Shown piece after piece: positions 32,370 to 42,448 of a stretch of DNA of 64,000 nucleotides (position 1 is its first letter; the number at the start of each line of letters is the position of its first letter). The notes beneath the pieces are model-generated. The model was not told the origin of the DNA, ran no database searches, and worked only from the letters and a program-made list of their open reading frames with translations. The position numbers were made by a program, and so were the translations under genes. This stretch comes from an uncultured Myxococcales bacterium (GTDB lineage Bacteria > Myxococcota_A > UBA9042), in assembly GCA_903850505.1 (NCBI GenBank), contig CAINLT010000006.1, positions 15,536 through 79,535 on the forward strand, given 5' to 3'.

Positions 32370-34307
32370 TCAGTCCCAGAAAATCTTCGGCGCGATGCCG
32401 ACGGCGACGCCGTCGATGCGGACGTTGACGACGGTGGTGCCGGGCGCGCTTGGGGCGCTGACGCTGTAGGTCCACGCGCCCGCGTTGGCGCCAGCGACGT
32501 TGGCGGGCTCGAGGGTCGCGGGCGCACCGGTCAGGCTGACTTCCACCTGGGCGCTTGGGCGCAGCGCGCCATCGCCGTCGCGCGGCGTGACGATGATCTT
32601 GACCACCGTGTTGCCGCCCGACGGCGCGTGCCGGGACGGCGGATCCAGCGCGATGAGCTGCGGCTCCACGACATCGTGGATCTTGCCGATCGCCAGACCG
32701 CGCAGGGTTTGAACGTAGCCGGACGGCCAGACGATGCGGGCGCTGTCCAAGCTCGTCGCCGCGCCCGTGCCGATGAACACGAGCGGCTCGGAGAGCGCAA
32801 ACGGCGAACCGACCCCGTCGCCCACCAGCAGTCGCTCCTTGTCGCCCCGCAGCGACTTGGCCCAGACCTGCGCGCCCACGCCGAGGTGATTGCTCGTCGT
32901 GCCGTGCAGGCGCAGCGCGAGGCGATGGCCGCCGGTGTCGACGTCATTGCGATACACGCGCGGCACCCGGCCGACGCCGCCCATCACCGCGTCGACATCG
33001 CCGTCGCCGTCCAGATCGCCGATCGTCAGCGCGCGCCATTGACCAACGCGGTCGATGTGCGCGGCGGCGGAAGCGTCGACAAAGTGAAAGTCGCCACGCC
33101 CGAGGTGCAGCGTCGGATACTGCGGCGCCAGGCGCTCGATTGGCCCGTCGTCATTGCCATTGGCGGCGAGCATGTCCAGCACGCCGTCGCCGTCCACGTC
33201 CACAAATGCGATGCCCCATGGAATCAGCGCGTGTTTGGCCGGATCGGGCGTGATCGCCAACAGGCACGCGTCCACGGTGCGATCGACAAAGGGCCACGTG
33301 TCGCGCGTCTGGAAGAAGTTGCGCTCGGTGTCGGCAGAAACGCCAACATCCAAGCGGCCGTCGCCATCCAAATCGGCCACTGCGGCGGCCATGGGCACAA
33401 AATCGGCGAGCGTCGCGCCGACAAAACTCGCGCTGTAGTAGCGCGCGTTGGGCGGGGTCGGATCAAACGGCGTGAAGTGCGGCTCGTTCAGCGCGTTCGT
33501 CGTCGCGGCGCGGTAGAAGATCGGCGTGCCGGCGTAGCTGCAGGCGTTGTTGGCGCCCATCGCGACCACCAAGGTGAACTCGCCCGGGTGCAACTGCGCC
33601 GCCAGCACGGCGTTGACCTGACCGCCCGGCGTCGCGTCGAGCCAATCCGGACGCGCCGTGAACGTGCGCAGCCCTGTGCGCTGAACCGGCCACATCACCT
33701 TGCACGTCGTTTCGCATGGCGGGCACTCGGCGCCCGCAAGCAGATCCAGCCAGCCGTCGCGGTCGAAATCCGCCATGTGCAGCGCCCGGGGCGGGGGTGC
33801 CGCAGTCTGCGCACCCAACGCGCCAACGGTGAACGAGCCGTCCGCCGCGCCCCACGCGACTTCCGCCGAGCTGCCCGAGATGATGTCGGGGAAGCCATCG
33901 CCGTCGAGATCAAGGACGCCGAGCGCGGATGTGAAGCCGACGGCCGGACGCAGCGCGCGGCGATCGCCGAAGGTTGCCGTCGCGGGATCGTACGTGAACC
34001 GGACGAGCTCCGTGTTGCCGGCGATCAGGTCGATTTTGCCGTCGCCATCGATGTCGCCGAGGAATCCTGTGAGGTTGGCCGACATGCCGACGCCTCCCCC
34101 GCCCGTCGCAAACGCCGGATCGTTGTCAGGAACCGCATTGAGGTCGGCGAAGCCGCCGCCAAGGGCGCCGACCGCCAAAGAGTCAGGTGGTGTGCAAACG
34201 GCCTTGGGCCCATCCTGTGAACCACCGCAAGCGCCCAAGGCGGCGAGAAGCGCCAGCCAAGGCGCGGCACGCCCGGCGCCCAATCCGCTCCACGCTCGCG
34301 ATTCCAC
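32370..34307 (-). CDS. FG-GAP/VCBS repeat lipoprotein with ASPIC/UnbV C-terminal domain (CRTAC1 family)
   Basis: Signal LALLAALGACGG. Repeated DxDGDG motifs (DIDGDGKIDL, DLDGDGFPD, DFDRDGWLDL, DVDGDGVLD, DLDGDGDVD). C-terminal ..GAQVWAK......LLVGDG.GSPF.LSEPLVFIGTG....LDSARIVWPSG. Confidence 0.85.
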   Translation of the reverse strand: MESRAWSGLGAGRAAPWLALLAALGACGGSQDGPKAVCTPPDSLAVGALGGGFADLNAVPDNDPAFATGGGGVGMSANLTGFLGDIDGDGKIDLIAGNTELVRFTYDPATATFGDRRALRPAVGFTSALGVLDLDGDGFPDIISGSSAEVAWGAADGSFTVGALGAQTAAPPPRALHMADFDRDGWLDLLAGAECPPCETTCKVMWPVQRTGLRTFTARPDWLDATPGGQVNAVLAAQLHPGEFTLVVAMGANNACSYAGTPIFYRAATTNALNEPHFTPFDPTPPNARYYSASFVGATLADFVPMAAAVADLDGDGRLDVGVSADTERNFFQTRDTWPFVDRTVDACLLAITPDPAKHALIPWGIAFVDVDGDGVLDMLAANGNDDGPIERLAPQYPTLHLGRGDFHFVDASAAAHIDRVGQWRALTIGDLDGDGDVDAVMGGVGRVPRVYRNDVDTGGHRLALRLHGTTSNHLGVGAQVWAKSLRGDKERLLVGDGVGSPFALSEPLVFIGTGAATSLDSARIVWPSGYVQTLRGLAIGKIHDVVEPQLIALDPPSRHAPSGGNTVVKIIVTPRDGDGALRPSAQVEVSLTGAPATLEPANVAGANAGAWTYSVSAPSAPGTTVVNVRIDGVAVGIAPKIFWD

Positions 34308-34546
34308 TGTCGAACCTCATCTGCGCTGCACCCGCACCGGCGCTTTCCCGGCAGTCTGACTTGCCGGGGATCGCCCGTCAAGCGCAACTTATGCACGTGT
34401 TTTCATGCAATTGACCGTTCCGATCAGCCGAACTTTGGCGCCCGACGGCACGGGGCGATGCGCGAACTGTTTCGCATCCGCGCGTTGCCAATCCCCACCC
34501 CATCCCGCAAAATGCCGACGCGGCGCCATCGCCGCCTGAGCTCACC

Positions 34547-35353
34547 GTGTCCACCTATGCCATCGGCGATATTCAGGGCTGCTTTGGCGCGCTGCAGCGC
34601 CTGTTGACCCACATCGACTTCCGGGCGGATCGCGACCGGCTGTGGCTGGCCGGCGATTTGGTCAACCGCGGCCCCGATTCGCTGAAAGTGCTGCGTTGGT
34701 GCCAGGCGCATACGGACAACATCACCGCGGTGCTGGGCAATCACGACCTGCACGCCCTGGCGCGCGCGGCGGGCGCGGCGGGGCCAAAGCGGCGGGATTC
34801 GCTGGAGGAGCTGCTCCATGCGCCGGATTGCGCCGCGCTGCTGACTTGGCTGCGCCAGAAGCCGCTCCTGTACCGCGAGGGGCCATTCACGATGGTGCAC
34901 GCGGGGTTGCTGCCGGCCTGGACTGTGGCGGACGCGCAGGCGATTTCCGACGCGTTTGCCGCCGAACTCAACGGTCCGCGGATGCCGCTGGCGCTGCGGG
35001 CCCTGCGCGATCAGGACATTCACCTTCCCGACTTGAGTAAATTGGCGCAGGACGCCGGCCTGCTCACGCGGATTCGCACGTGCACCGCGACGGGCGAGCC
35101 GTGCGTTGATTTTGCCGGCTCGCCGCAGGATGCGCCGCCAGGCTGCATTCCGTGGTTCCGCGTGCCGGGGCGCAAGAGCGCTGACGACTGCCTGGTTTTT
35201 GGCCACTGGGCGGCGCTGGGCCTGCTGATGGAAGAGAACCTCATCGCGCTGGATACCGGCTGCGTGTGGGGCAACGCGCTGACGGCCGTGCGGCTGGAGG
35301 ATCGCGCCGTGTTCCAGGTGGCGGCGGCCGAACGTCCGGCGAATTTGCGATAA
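34547..35353 (+). CDS. apaH: Bis(5'-nucleosyl)-tetraphosphatase, symmetrical
   Basis: MSTYAIGDIQGC, GDLVNRGPDS and VLGNHDLH are metallophosphatase motifs in the ApaH arrangement. Confidence 0.9.
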   Translation: MSTYAIGDIQGCFGALQRLLTHIDFRADRDRLWLAGDLVNRGPDSLKVLRWCQAHTDNITAVLGNHDLHALARAAGAAGPKRRDSLEELLHAPDCAALLTWLRQKPLLYREGPFTMVHAGLLPAWTVADAQAISDAFAAELNGPRMPLALRALRDQDIHLPDLSKLAQDAGLLTRIRTCTATGEPCVDFAGSPQDAPPGCIPWFRVPGRKSADDCLVFGHWAALGLLMEENLIALDTGCVWGNALTAVRLEDRAVFQVAAAERPANLR

Positions 35354-35401
35354 CTGCCGCGCTGCTGCTATCACGCGCGGCGGCCTTTTGGAGTGAAACC
35401 G

Positions 35402-36961
<1,560 letters not shown>

Positions 36962-37066
36962 CGATCCACAGCATCGCGTAGGATCTTGGGCGCATTGAAT
37001 AATCTGAGCGCTCAGGCGTTGTTGCCCTGACGGCGCGCCGTCATTTTCCGGTCCCGCGAGGTTGGC

Positions 37067-37579
37067 ATGCATCCAAGGCTTCTGGCTCTCGTGCTCGTGA
37101 CGCTGCCCGCGTGCGTGTCCCAGGTCATGCCGCTCATTCCCGAGTCGTCGCCGGTCGCGATGCGCGCCGATTTGCCGCTGGACGTCGTGACCAAGCTGGC
37201 CGGTGCGCAGGACCCGCTGCCGGTCAAGGGCACTTCCTGGCAGTTCAGTGAACTGGAGCACGCGGTGGGTCGCGCGGTCATGACGGGCGCGGCACCCTGG
37301 GCCGAGGCGCACCGGGCAGAGCGCGAAGGCGGCTGGCAGATCCAGGTCGACGTCATCAAGAGCGACGCGGCCGTCGTGGACGGTCAGGCGCGCACCAGCC
37401 TGGGCGTGCGCGCGACGCTCCGCGCCGTGGTTGGGCAAGTGTATTTGGCGCAAACACAATCGTTTTGCATGACCGCTGGCTTGGTCAAGTCAGAGGCGGA
37501 AGCGCGCGACGTGCTCTGGCGCTGCATCAGCAACGTGGGCCGCAACATCAGCGGCTGGCTGGACGGCGTTCACCCGTGA
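37067..37579 (+). CDS. Hypothetical lipoprotein
   Basis: MHPRLLALVLVTLPAC lipobox. No other motif recognised. Confidence 0.55.
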   Translation: MHPRLLALVLVTLPACVSQVMPLIPESSPVAMRADLPLDVVTKLAGAQDPLPVKGTSWQFSELEHAVGRAVMTGAAPWAEAHRAEREGGWQIQVDVIKSDAAVVDGQARTSLGVRATLRAVVGQVYLAQTQSFCMTAGLVKSEAEARDVLWRCISNVGRNISGWLDGVHP

Positions 37580-37596
37580 TTTTCAAGGAGTTTACC

Positions 37597-38595
37597 ATGT
37601 CCAAGCTGCTGCTTTTGCTGCTCGCCGTGACGTCGGTCGCGTGCGGTTCGACGATTGAACCGGGCCACCGCGGCCTCCTCTTCAACCCGCGCGACGGCGG
37701 TTTGCAGCACAACGTGCTTGAGCCGGGCCGACACTACACGGGCTTCTACGGTCGCCTCGACGATTTCGACGTGACCTACACAACGCGCCAGGAAGAGATG
37801 AACACGGTGTCGCAAGAAGGTTTGCGCCTGGTGGTGCACGTCTCGGCTATTTTCCGCCCGGTCGTGTCGGAACTGTATGAGCTGGATACTGAGATTGGCC
37901 CGCTCTACTACGAGGAAGTGATCGGCCCGGAATTCCGCAGCGCGGCGCGCGGCGTCTTTGCACGGCACAGCTACATGGACATTGCCAAGCAAAATGAGGC
38001 GATTGAGAACGAGATCGAGACCGACCTGCGGCGGCGGACCGCGGGCAAGCACGTGGAAATCACGTCCGTGACGCTGGAAGGCGTGAGCTACGCGCCGGAG
38101 ATCGCCAAGGCGATCCAGGACAAGCTGGTCGGCGAGCAGGACACGGCGCGGCAAAAAGTGCTGCTGGACAACGACGCGCTGCGTCGCAAGCTGGAACTGG
38201 AGCACGAAGCGGAGCGCGAGAAGCTGAAGGCGGAATCCGAACTGCGCGAGGCGACGCGGCGCGTGGAAGTGGCCAAGGCGCAGGCGGAGCTGGATCGGCT
38301 GCGGGCGGCGACCGAGGGCGAAATCAAGGTGACGCGGGCGACGGCGGACGCGAAGGAAATGACGCTGCTGGCCACGGCGAAAGCGGCGATGAAGAAGGCG
38401 GAGGCACAGGCGCTGACGCCGCTGATGGTCATGATGCGGGCGTATGAGGCGCTGGGGCAGCTCGGGCAGAACGGCGCGACGGTGTATCTCGGCGACTTCA
38501 GCCACGTGCCGGCGTTCCTGTTCCCGAAGGTGCCGGGCTTCTCGCCGGCGTTTGACCCGGGCAAGGGGATGGCGCCGGAAAGCAAGCACAAGTAG
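37597..38595 (+). CDS. SPFH/band-7 (prohibitin-like) lipoprotein
   Basis: AAGGAG sits 6 nt before ATG 37597. MSKLLLLLLAVTSVAC lipobox. IEPGHRGLLFNP...EVIGPEFRSAARGVFA is SPFH-like. The C-terminal region is an E/A/K-rich coiled coil. Confidence 0.8.
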   Translation: MSKLLLLLLAVTSVACGSTIEPGHRGLLFNPRDGGLQHNVLEPGRHYTGFYGRLDDFDVTYTTRQEEMNTVSQEGLRLVVHVSAIFRPVVSELYELDTEIGPLYYEEVIGPEFRSAARGVFARHSYMDIAKQNEAIENEIETDLRRRTAGKHVEITSVTLEGVSYAPEIAKAIQDKLVGEQDTARQKVLLDNDALRRKLELEHEAEREKLKAESELREATRRVEVAKAQAELDRLRAATEGEIKVTRATADAKEMTLLATAKAAMKKAEAQALTPLMVMMRAYEALGQLGQNGATVYLGDFSHVPAFLFPKVPGFSPAFDPGKGMAPESKHK

Positions 38596-38598
38596 CGG

Positions 38599-39447
38599 TC
38601 AGCCGAGCTCGATTTCCTCGATGACCGCGCGATCCTTGCCGGCGTGCTTGGCGCGATACATCAGGCCGTCGGCGCGCTGCAGGAGCGCATCCACGGTCCC
38701 CGCGCCATGCTTGAAGACGGCCGCCCCCACGCTCGCGGACACCGGCATCCCCGGCGTTTGACCGAACAGGGCGCGCAGCTCGGCCATCAGCCGCGCCACC
38801 TGCGCTTCAGTCGCCGCATGGCCGGTCTCCGGGAGCAGCACGGCAAACTCGTCCCCGCCCAAGCGCGCGACGCGATCCGTGCGGCGGGTAGAACGCTGCA
38901 GCGCGAGCGCGACGTCCGCGAGCAGCTTGTCGCCCGCGTTGTGGCCCAAGTTGTCATTGACCCATTTGAAGTTGTCGAGATCGAGAAACACGAGCGCAAA
39001 GGCCGCATGAGAGCGCTCGGAGCGCTCCAGCTCCTCCGCGACTTCCTCATGGAACTGCCGCCCATTGAGGAGGCCCGTCAGCGAATCCGTGCGCGCAAGG
39101 TGCCGTTCATGCACCAGCGCCATGCTCAGGCGCGCGGTCAGCACGGCGAACGTGGCAAAAGACATGAACTGCGTCACGGTGTTGAACGCCCACATCCACG
39201 GCTGCGAGTAGTGCATCCCGCCCAGCCAGTTGGCGCCGAGCCAGGTCAGCGCCGTCGTCACCGCGAGCCCAACCGACGGCGCAGTCGCGCGCTGCCACGT
39301 GCCAATCGTCAGCGGCAGAAAGTACAGCGGATAGACGCGCAGCTCGTTGCCCGTGGCGTAGTCGACCCAGCCGATGCCGAGCGTGACAAGCACGCCGAAC
39401 AGCATCCGCGTGCGTTCTGGCCAAGTGCGCGGATCGAGCCATGTCAT
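38599..39447 (-). CDS. Diguanylate cyclase (GGDEF) with N-terminal membrane domain
   Basis: RLGGDEFAVLL and FLDLDNFKWVNDNLGH motifs. About 100 aa of hydrophobic helices lie at the N-terminus. Confidence 0.9.
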   Translation of the reverse strand: MTWLDPRTWPERTRMLFGVLVTLGIGWVDYATGNELRVYPLYFLPLTIGTWQRATAPSVGLAVTTALTWLGANWLGGMHYSQPWMWAFNTVTQFMSFATFAVLTARLSMALVHERHLARTDSLTGLLNGRQFHEEVAEELERSERSHAAFALVFLDLDNFKWVNDNLGHNAGDKLLADVALALQRSTRRTDRVARLGGDEFAVLLPETGHAATEAQVARLMAELRALFGQTPGMPVSASVGAAVFKHGAGTVDALLQRADGLMYRAKHAGKDRAVIEEIELG

Positions 39448-39648
39448 CGCGGCGCCTCTCCGGACGGCCCATTGGCGCGATCGAACGTGGGTGGGGCAAG
39501 TCGCAAGGTGGCGCCCTTACGTCCAGCGGGCCCAAACTTCGCGGCGCTTTGCGCGAATGCGGGTCGCCCGACGTCGGCAGTTTGCCACGATTCGCGCGCA
39601 AACGGCCAATTTTGCCTTGTGGCCAAGCCGTTTCCGGGCAATGGCCGA

Positions 39649-41358
39649 CTACTTCGCCTTGGACTTCTTGCCGTGCGCCTTCTTGCCGTGCGCTTTCTTC
39701 GCGTGCTTGGCGACGGGCGGCTTGTCGCCATGGGCTTTTTCCGCCTTGGCCTTCTTGGCAGTCGCCGCCTTGTCGGCCTTGGCTTGCTTGGCCGCAGCAG
39801 CTTTTTCCGCCTTCGCGTGCTTCTTTGCTGCGGCTTTTTCCGCCTTGGCGTGCTTGCGGGCGGCCGCCTTCTCCGCCTTCACTTTCTTGGCCAGCGCCGC
39901 CTTTTCCTTCTTGGTCAGCGGCTTCTCAACCTTGGCCGGCACCGGCGCTGCGATCTTTGGCGCTTCCACCTTGGCCGGCTCGACCTTGGGCACAGGCGCC
40001 ACGTCCGGGCAACCGTCGCCATCCTCAAAGCCGTTCTTGGTCTCCGGGCTGGACGGGCACAAATCGTCCACGTCCGGGATGCCATCCTTGTCGTTGTCGG
40101 GATCGGGGCAGCCGTCAGTATCCTCAAAGTTATCAATATCTTCCGCGACGTTCGGGCACTTATCCTGCGCGTCCGGAATGCCGTCTTTGTCGTTGTCGAG
40201 GTCCGGGCAGCCGTCCGCGTCCTCAAAGCCGTCCTTGTCTTCGGCGATGCGCGGGCATTTGTCCGCGTCGTCGGGGATGCCATCGCCGTCGTCATCCAGA
40301 TCTGGGCAGCCATCGCTGTCCTCAAAGCCATCCTTGTCCTCGGCTTCATTGGGGCACTTGTCGTCCTTGTCGAGGATGCCGTCGCCGTCCTGGTCGCGGT
40401 TGATCTTGCGCGCGTCAAACTGCACGCCCGCGGCCAGCCGCAAGCCCGCCGAACCCATCGCCGACGTCGGCGCGCCGCCTGCCATGGCAAAAATCCGCCA
40501 CGCGTCGCACACACGCACGTCCCCGCCGACCACCACGTCCACGACCGCCTGCGTCGTCGGCAGCGGGTTGGTCAAAAGCGTGCCCTGCCCCTGCATTTCC
40601 GCGCGCAGGCCAAACAGGTCGTCGGCAAAAGCCCGCCGCGCCGCCGCGCGCATCAACCAAACCGAACCCGAGCGCGCGATTGTCGTGTCCGTGCCGTTCT
40701 CAATCGTGAAGCCTTGGGCGTCCACCGGATGCACGCGCAGCGACTGTGACGCCTGACCGCGCACGCCAAGGTTGACGTCCGCGCGCCACGGCCCCAACAC
40801 CGCGGTCGCCAGAAGTTCCAGCGCGCCCGTCCAAGCGCCGCCCATCATCGAACCGGCCTTTGCAGTCGGCAGTTCGCCCACGCCCGCGAGGCCAAGGTGA
40901 AAGCTGAAGTCCTCGTCTTTCATGGACCAAAGCTGCCAGCGCGCGTCCACCCGTAGGTCGCCCATCGCCGGCGCGCTCGGCGTGTCCAACTGCGCGAGGT
41001 TGGCGCCACCGCCGCGAATCACGCCGGCGATCGGCAGGCTCACGCCGATCATCCCGCGATCGAGCAGGCCCAGAGCGCCGCCGAATTCCACGGTACCCAG
41101 GTCGCCAACCAGCGTCTGCGTCGCCCCAACTGTCGAATTTTGCAGGCGCAGCGGCATCCGCGCGTAGCCAAAACCCAGCCAACCGGACGCATCCAGGTGT
41201 CCCGGCACCAGCGCCGACTTGGTCAACAAACCGTCATCCGGGCCCATGCCCGGCCGCCACGTCTGGACGTTCCACGCCGGCGCCGGCAGCGGTTGCGCCA
41301 GCGCGGGCACGGCCGCAAGCGTTGCCAACAGCGCACAGAGTTTCAGCAGAAATCGCAT
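39649..41358 (-). CDS. Outer-membrane-type protein with thrombospondin type 3 repeats and Lys/Ala-rich C-terminal tail
   Basis: Signal MRFLLKLCALLATLAAVPALA, followed by a beta-barrel-like N-terminal half. At least 6 TSP3-type D-x-D-x-D-G-[IV]-x-D-x-x-D-x-C-P units are present. The last ~117 aa are KAEKAAA-type repeats where an OmpA-like domain would be expected. Confidence 0.8.
   Translation of the reverse strand: MRFLLKLCALLATLAAVPALAQPLPAPAWNVQTWRPGMGPDDGLLTKSALVPGHLDASGWLGFGYARMPLRLQNSTVGATQTLVGDLGTVEFGGALGLLDRGMIGVSLPIAGVIRGGGANLAQLDTPSAPAMGDLRVDARWQLWSMKDEDFSFHLGLAGVGELPTAKAGSMMGGAWTGALELLATAVLGPWRADVNLGVRGQASQSLRVHPVDAQGFTIENGTDTTIARSGSVWLMRAAARRAFADDLFGLRAEMQGQGTLLTNPLPTTQAVVDVVVGGDVRVCDAWRIFAMAGGAPTSAMGSAGLRLAAGVQFDARKINRDQDGDGILDKDDKCPNEAEDKDGFEDSDGCPDLDDDGDGIPDDADKCPRIAEDKDGFEDADGCPDLDNDKDGIPDAQDKCPNVAEDIDNFEDTDGCPDPDNDKDGIPDVDDLCPSSPETKNGFEDGDGCPDVAPVPKVEPAKVEAPKIAAPVPAKVEKPLTKKEKAALAKKVKAEKAAARKHAKAEKAAAKKHAKAEKAAAAKQAKADKAATAKKAKAEKAHGDKPPVAKHAKKAHGKKAHGKKSKAK
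39727..39879 (-). repeat. In-frame tandem 33-nt (11-aa) Lys/Ala repeats within the TSP3 protein tail
   Basis: KAEKAAARKHA / KAEKAAAKKHA / KAEKAAAAKQA / KADKAATAKKA / KAEKAHGDK. The repeat is also visible at DNA level as repeated ctttttccgccttsgcgtgctt units on the + strand. Confidence 0.8.
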
Positions 41359-41381
41359 GATCATGACCTTTTTTGTCGGGA

Positions 41382-42173
41382 TTACGGCTGCAAGGACTTG
41401 ACCTGAACGCCCGCCGGCGGGGTCCACTCAAACGCCTTGTCGTCCGTCGCCTCGTACTTGACGTCTTTCCACGCCAGCGCGGTCTCGTCACCCAGCGGGT
41501 CGATCAGGCGCGAACCGCGCACGGCGCCCGTCTTCCGGTCGACAAGCAGCGTCAGCGACCGCATCACCTGCGTGCCTTTGCGCGGCGTCAGCTTGAGCGG
41601 CACGACGTCCGGTTCCGGCGACCCGAGAATCTCCGTCTGGAAGTCGCGGGCGAGGTTGCCCTGACCGACGAGATACGACGTCGCCTGATACACTTGGCTG
41701 TTCTTGACCGGCACTTTGGTCGCCAGCCGCTCGCGGCGTTCATAGGCCCACAGCGTGACGCCGTCACAGAAGTAGAACACTTCCTCGTTGGGATACTCCC
41801 AGCGCATCTTGCCCTGCTTGCCCGTCTTGGCGTCGCCGCGCTGCAGGTACACCACGCCTTCGCGGGTGATGCCCGTCGCGAGGCCCTTCTTTTTCACGAT
41901 TTGCGTGAAGTGCGCCTGAAAACCCGGTTGCTTCTCGTAGAACGCCTGCACCGCGTCGGCGACCTGCTGCGGCGTCGGCTTGTCGGGCAGCGGCAGGACC
42001 ACGACCGGCTTGCCCGTCGCGTCAGCCGCGGGCTTGGCTTCAGACGCGGCCGGTGTTGTCACGACGGAAGGCTGCTTGGCCTTCTTGGCCTTGTGAGCCG
42101 CCAAAACGCCTGTCGGCACTGCGATCAGGCAGGCAGTTGCCAGGAGAAATGCCACTTTTTGCCGATACGCCAT
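41382..42173 (-). CDS. lolA: Outer-membrane lipoprotein carrier protein LolA-like
   Basis: Signal MAYRQKVAFLLATACLIAVPTGVLA. The body F.Q........G.V.L.R.......KMRWEY..P.E....CDG.TLW.Y fits LolA. Confidence 0.75.
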   Translation of the reverse strand: MAYRQKVAFLLATACLIAVPTGVLAAHKAKKAKQPSVVTTPAASEAKPAADATGKPVVVLPLPDKPTPQQVADAVQAFYEKQPGFQAHFTQIVKKKGLATGITREGVVYLQRGDAKTGKQGKMRWEYPNEEVFYFCDGVTLWAYERRERLATKVPVKNSQVYQATSYLVGQGNLARDFQTEILGSPEPDVVPLKLTPRKGTQVMRSLTLLVDRKTGAVRGSRLIDPLGDETALAWKDVKYEATDDKAFEWTPPAGVQVKSLQP

Positions 42174-42448
42174 TACGCCTCCAACAGCGCCAAACCCGTA
42201 CAGTATCGCCGCAGGTTGACGACGCGACAACCTTTGCGCGGGTCGACATTGCATTATCTGTTTTTTCAACGTGATTCCATGCTGTTACAGACCGCTGCTT
42301 ACGAGGCGCACGGCAACCCTGTGCTGCAAGTCCGCGAGACTACGTAAGCGCGCGTAGCTGTCCGGAGATTTCTGGCGGGCGATCGGGGCCGTGGTAGCGT
42401 CGAACGTGCCCAACTTCCACGTGAAGCGGGCTCGAATTGGAGAAAGCC

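Noticed and set aside
39660-39900. Regularly spaced short DNA repeats here and at 56570..56850 that could superficially resemble a CRISPR-like array.
   Set aside because: They are in-frame coding tandem repeats (KAEKAAA and KPxExPKP units) inside well-supported ORFs, with no unique spacers. They are not CRISPR.
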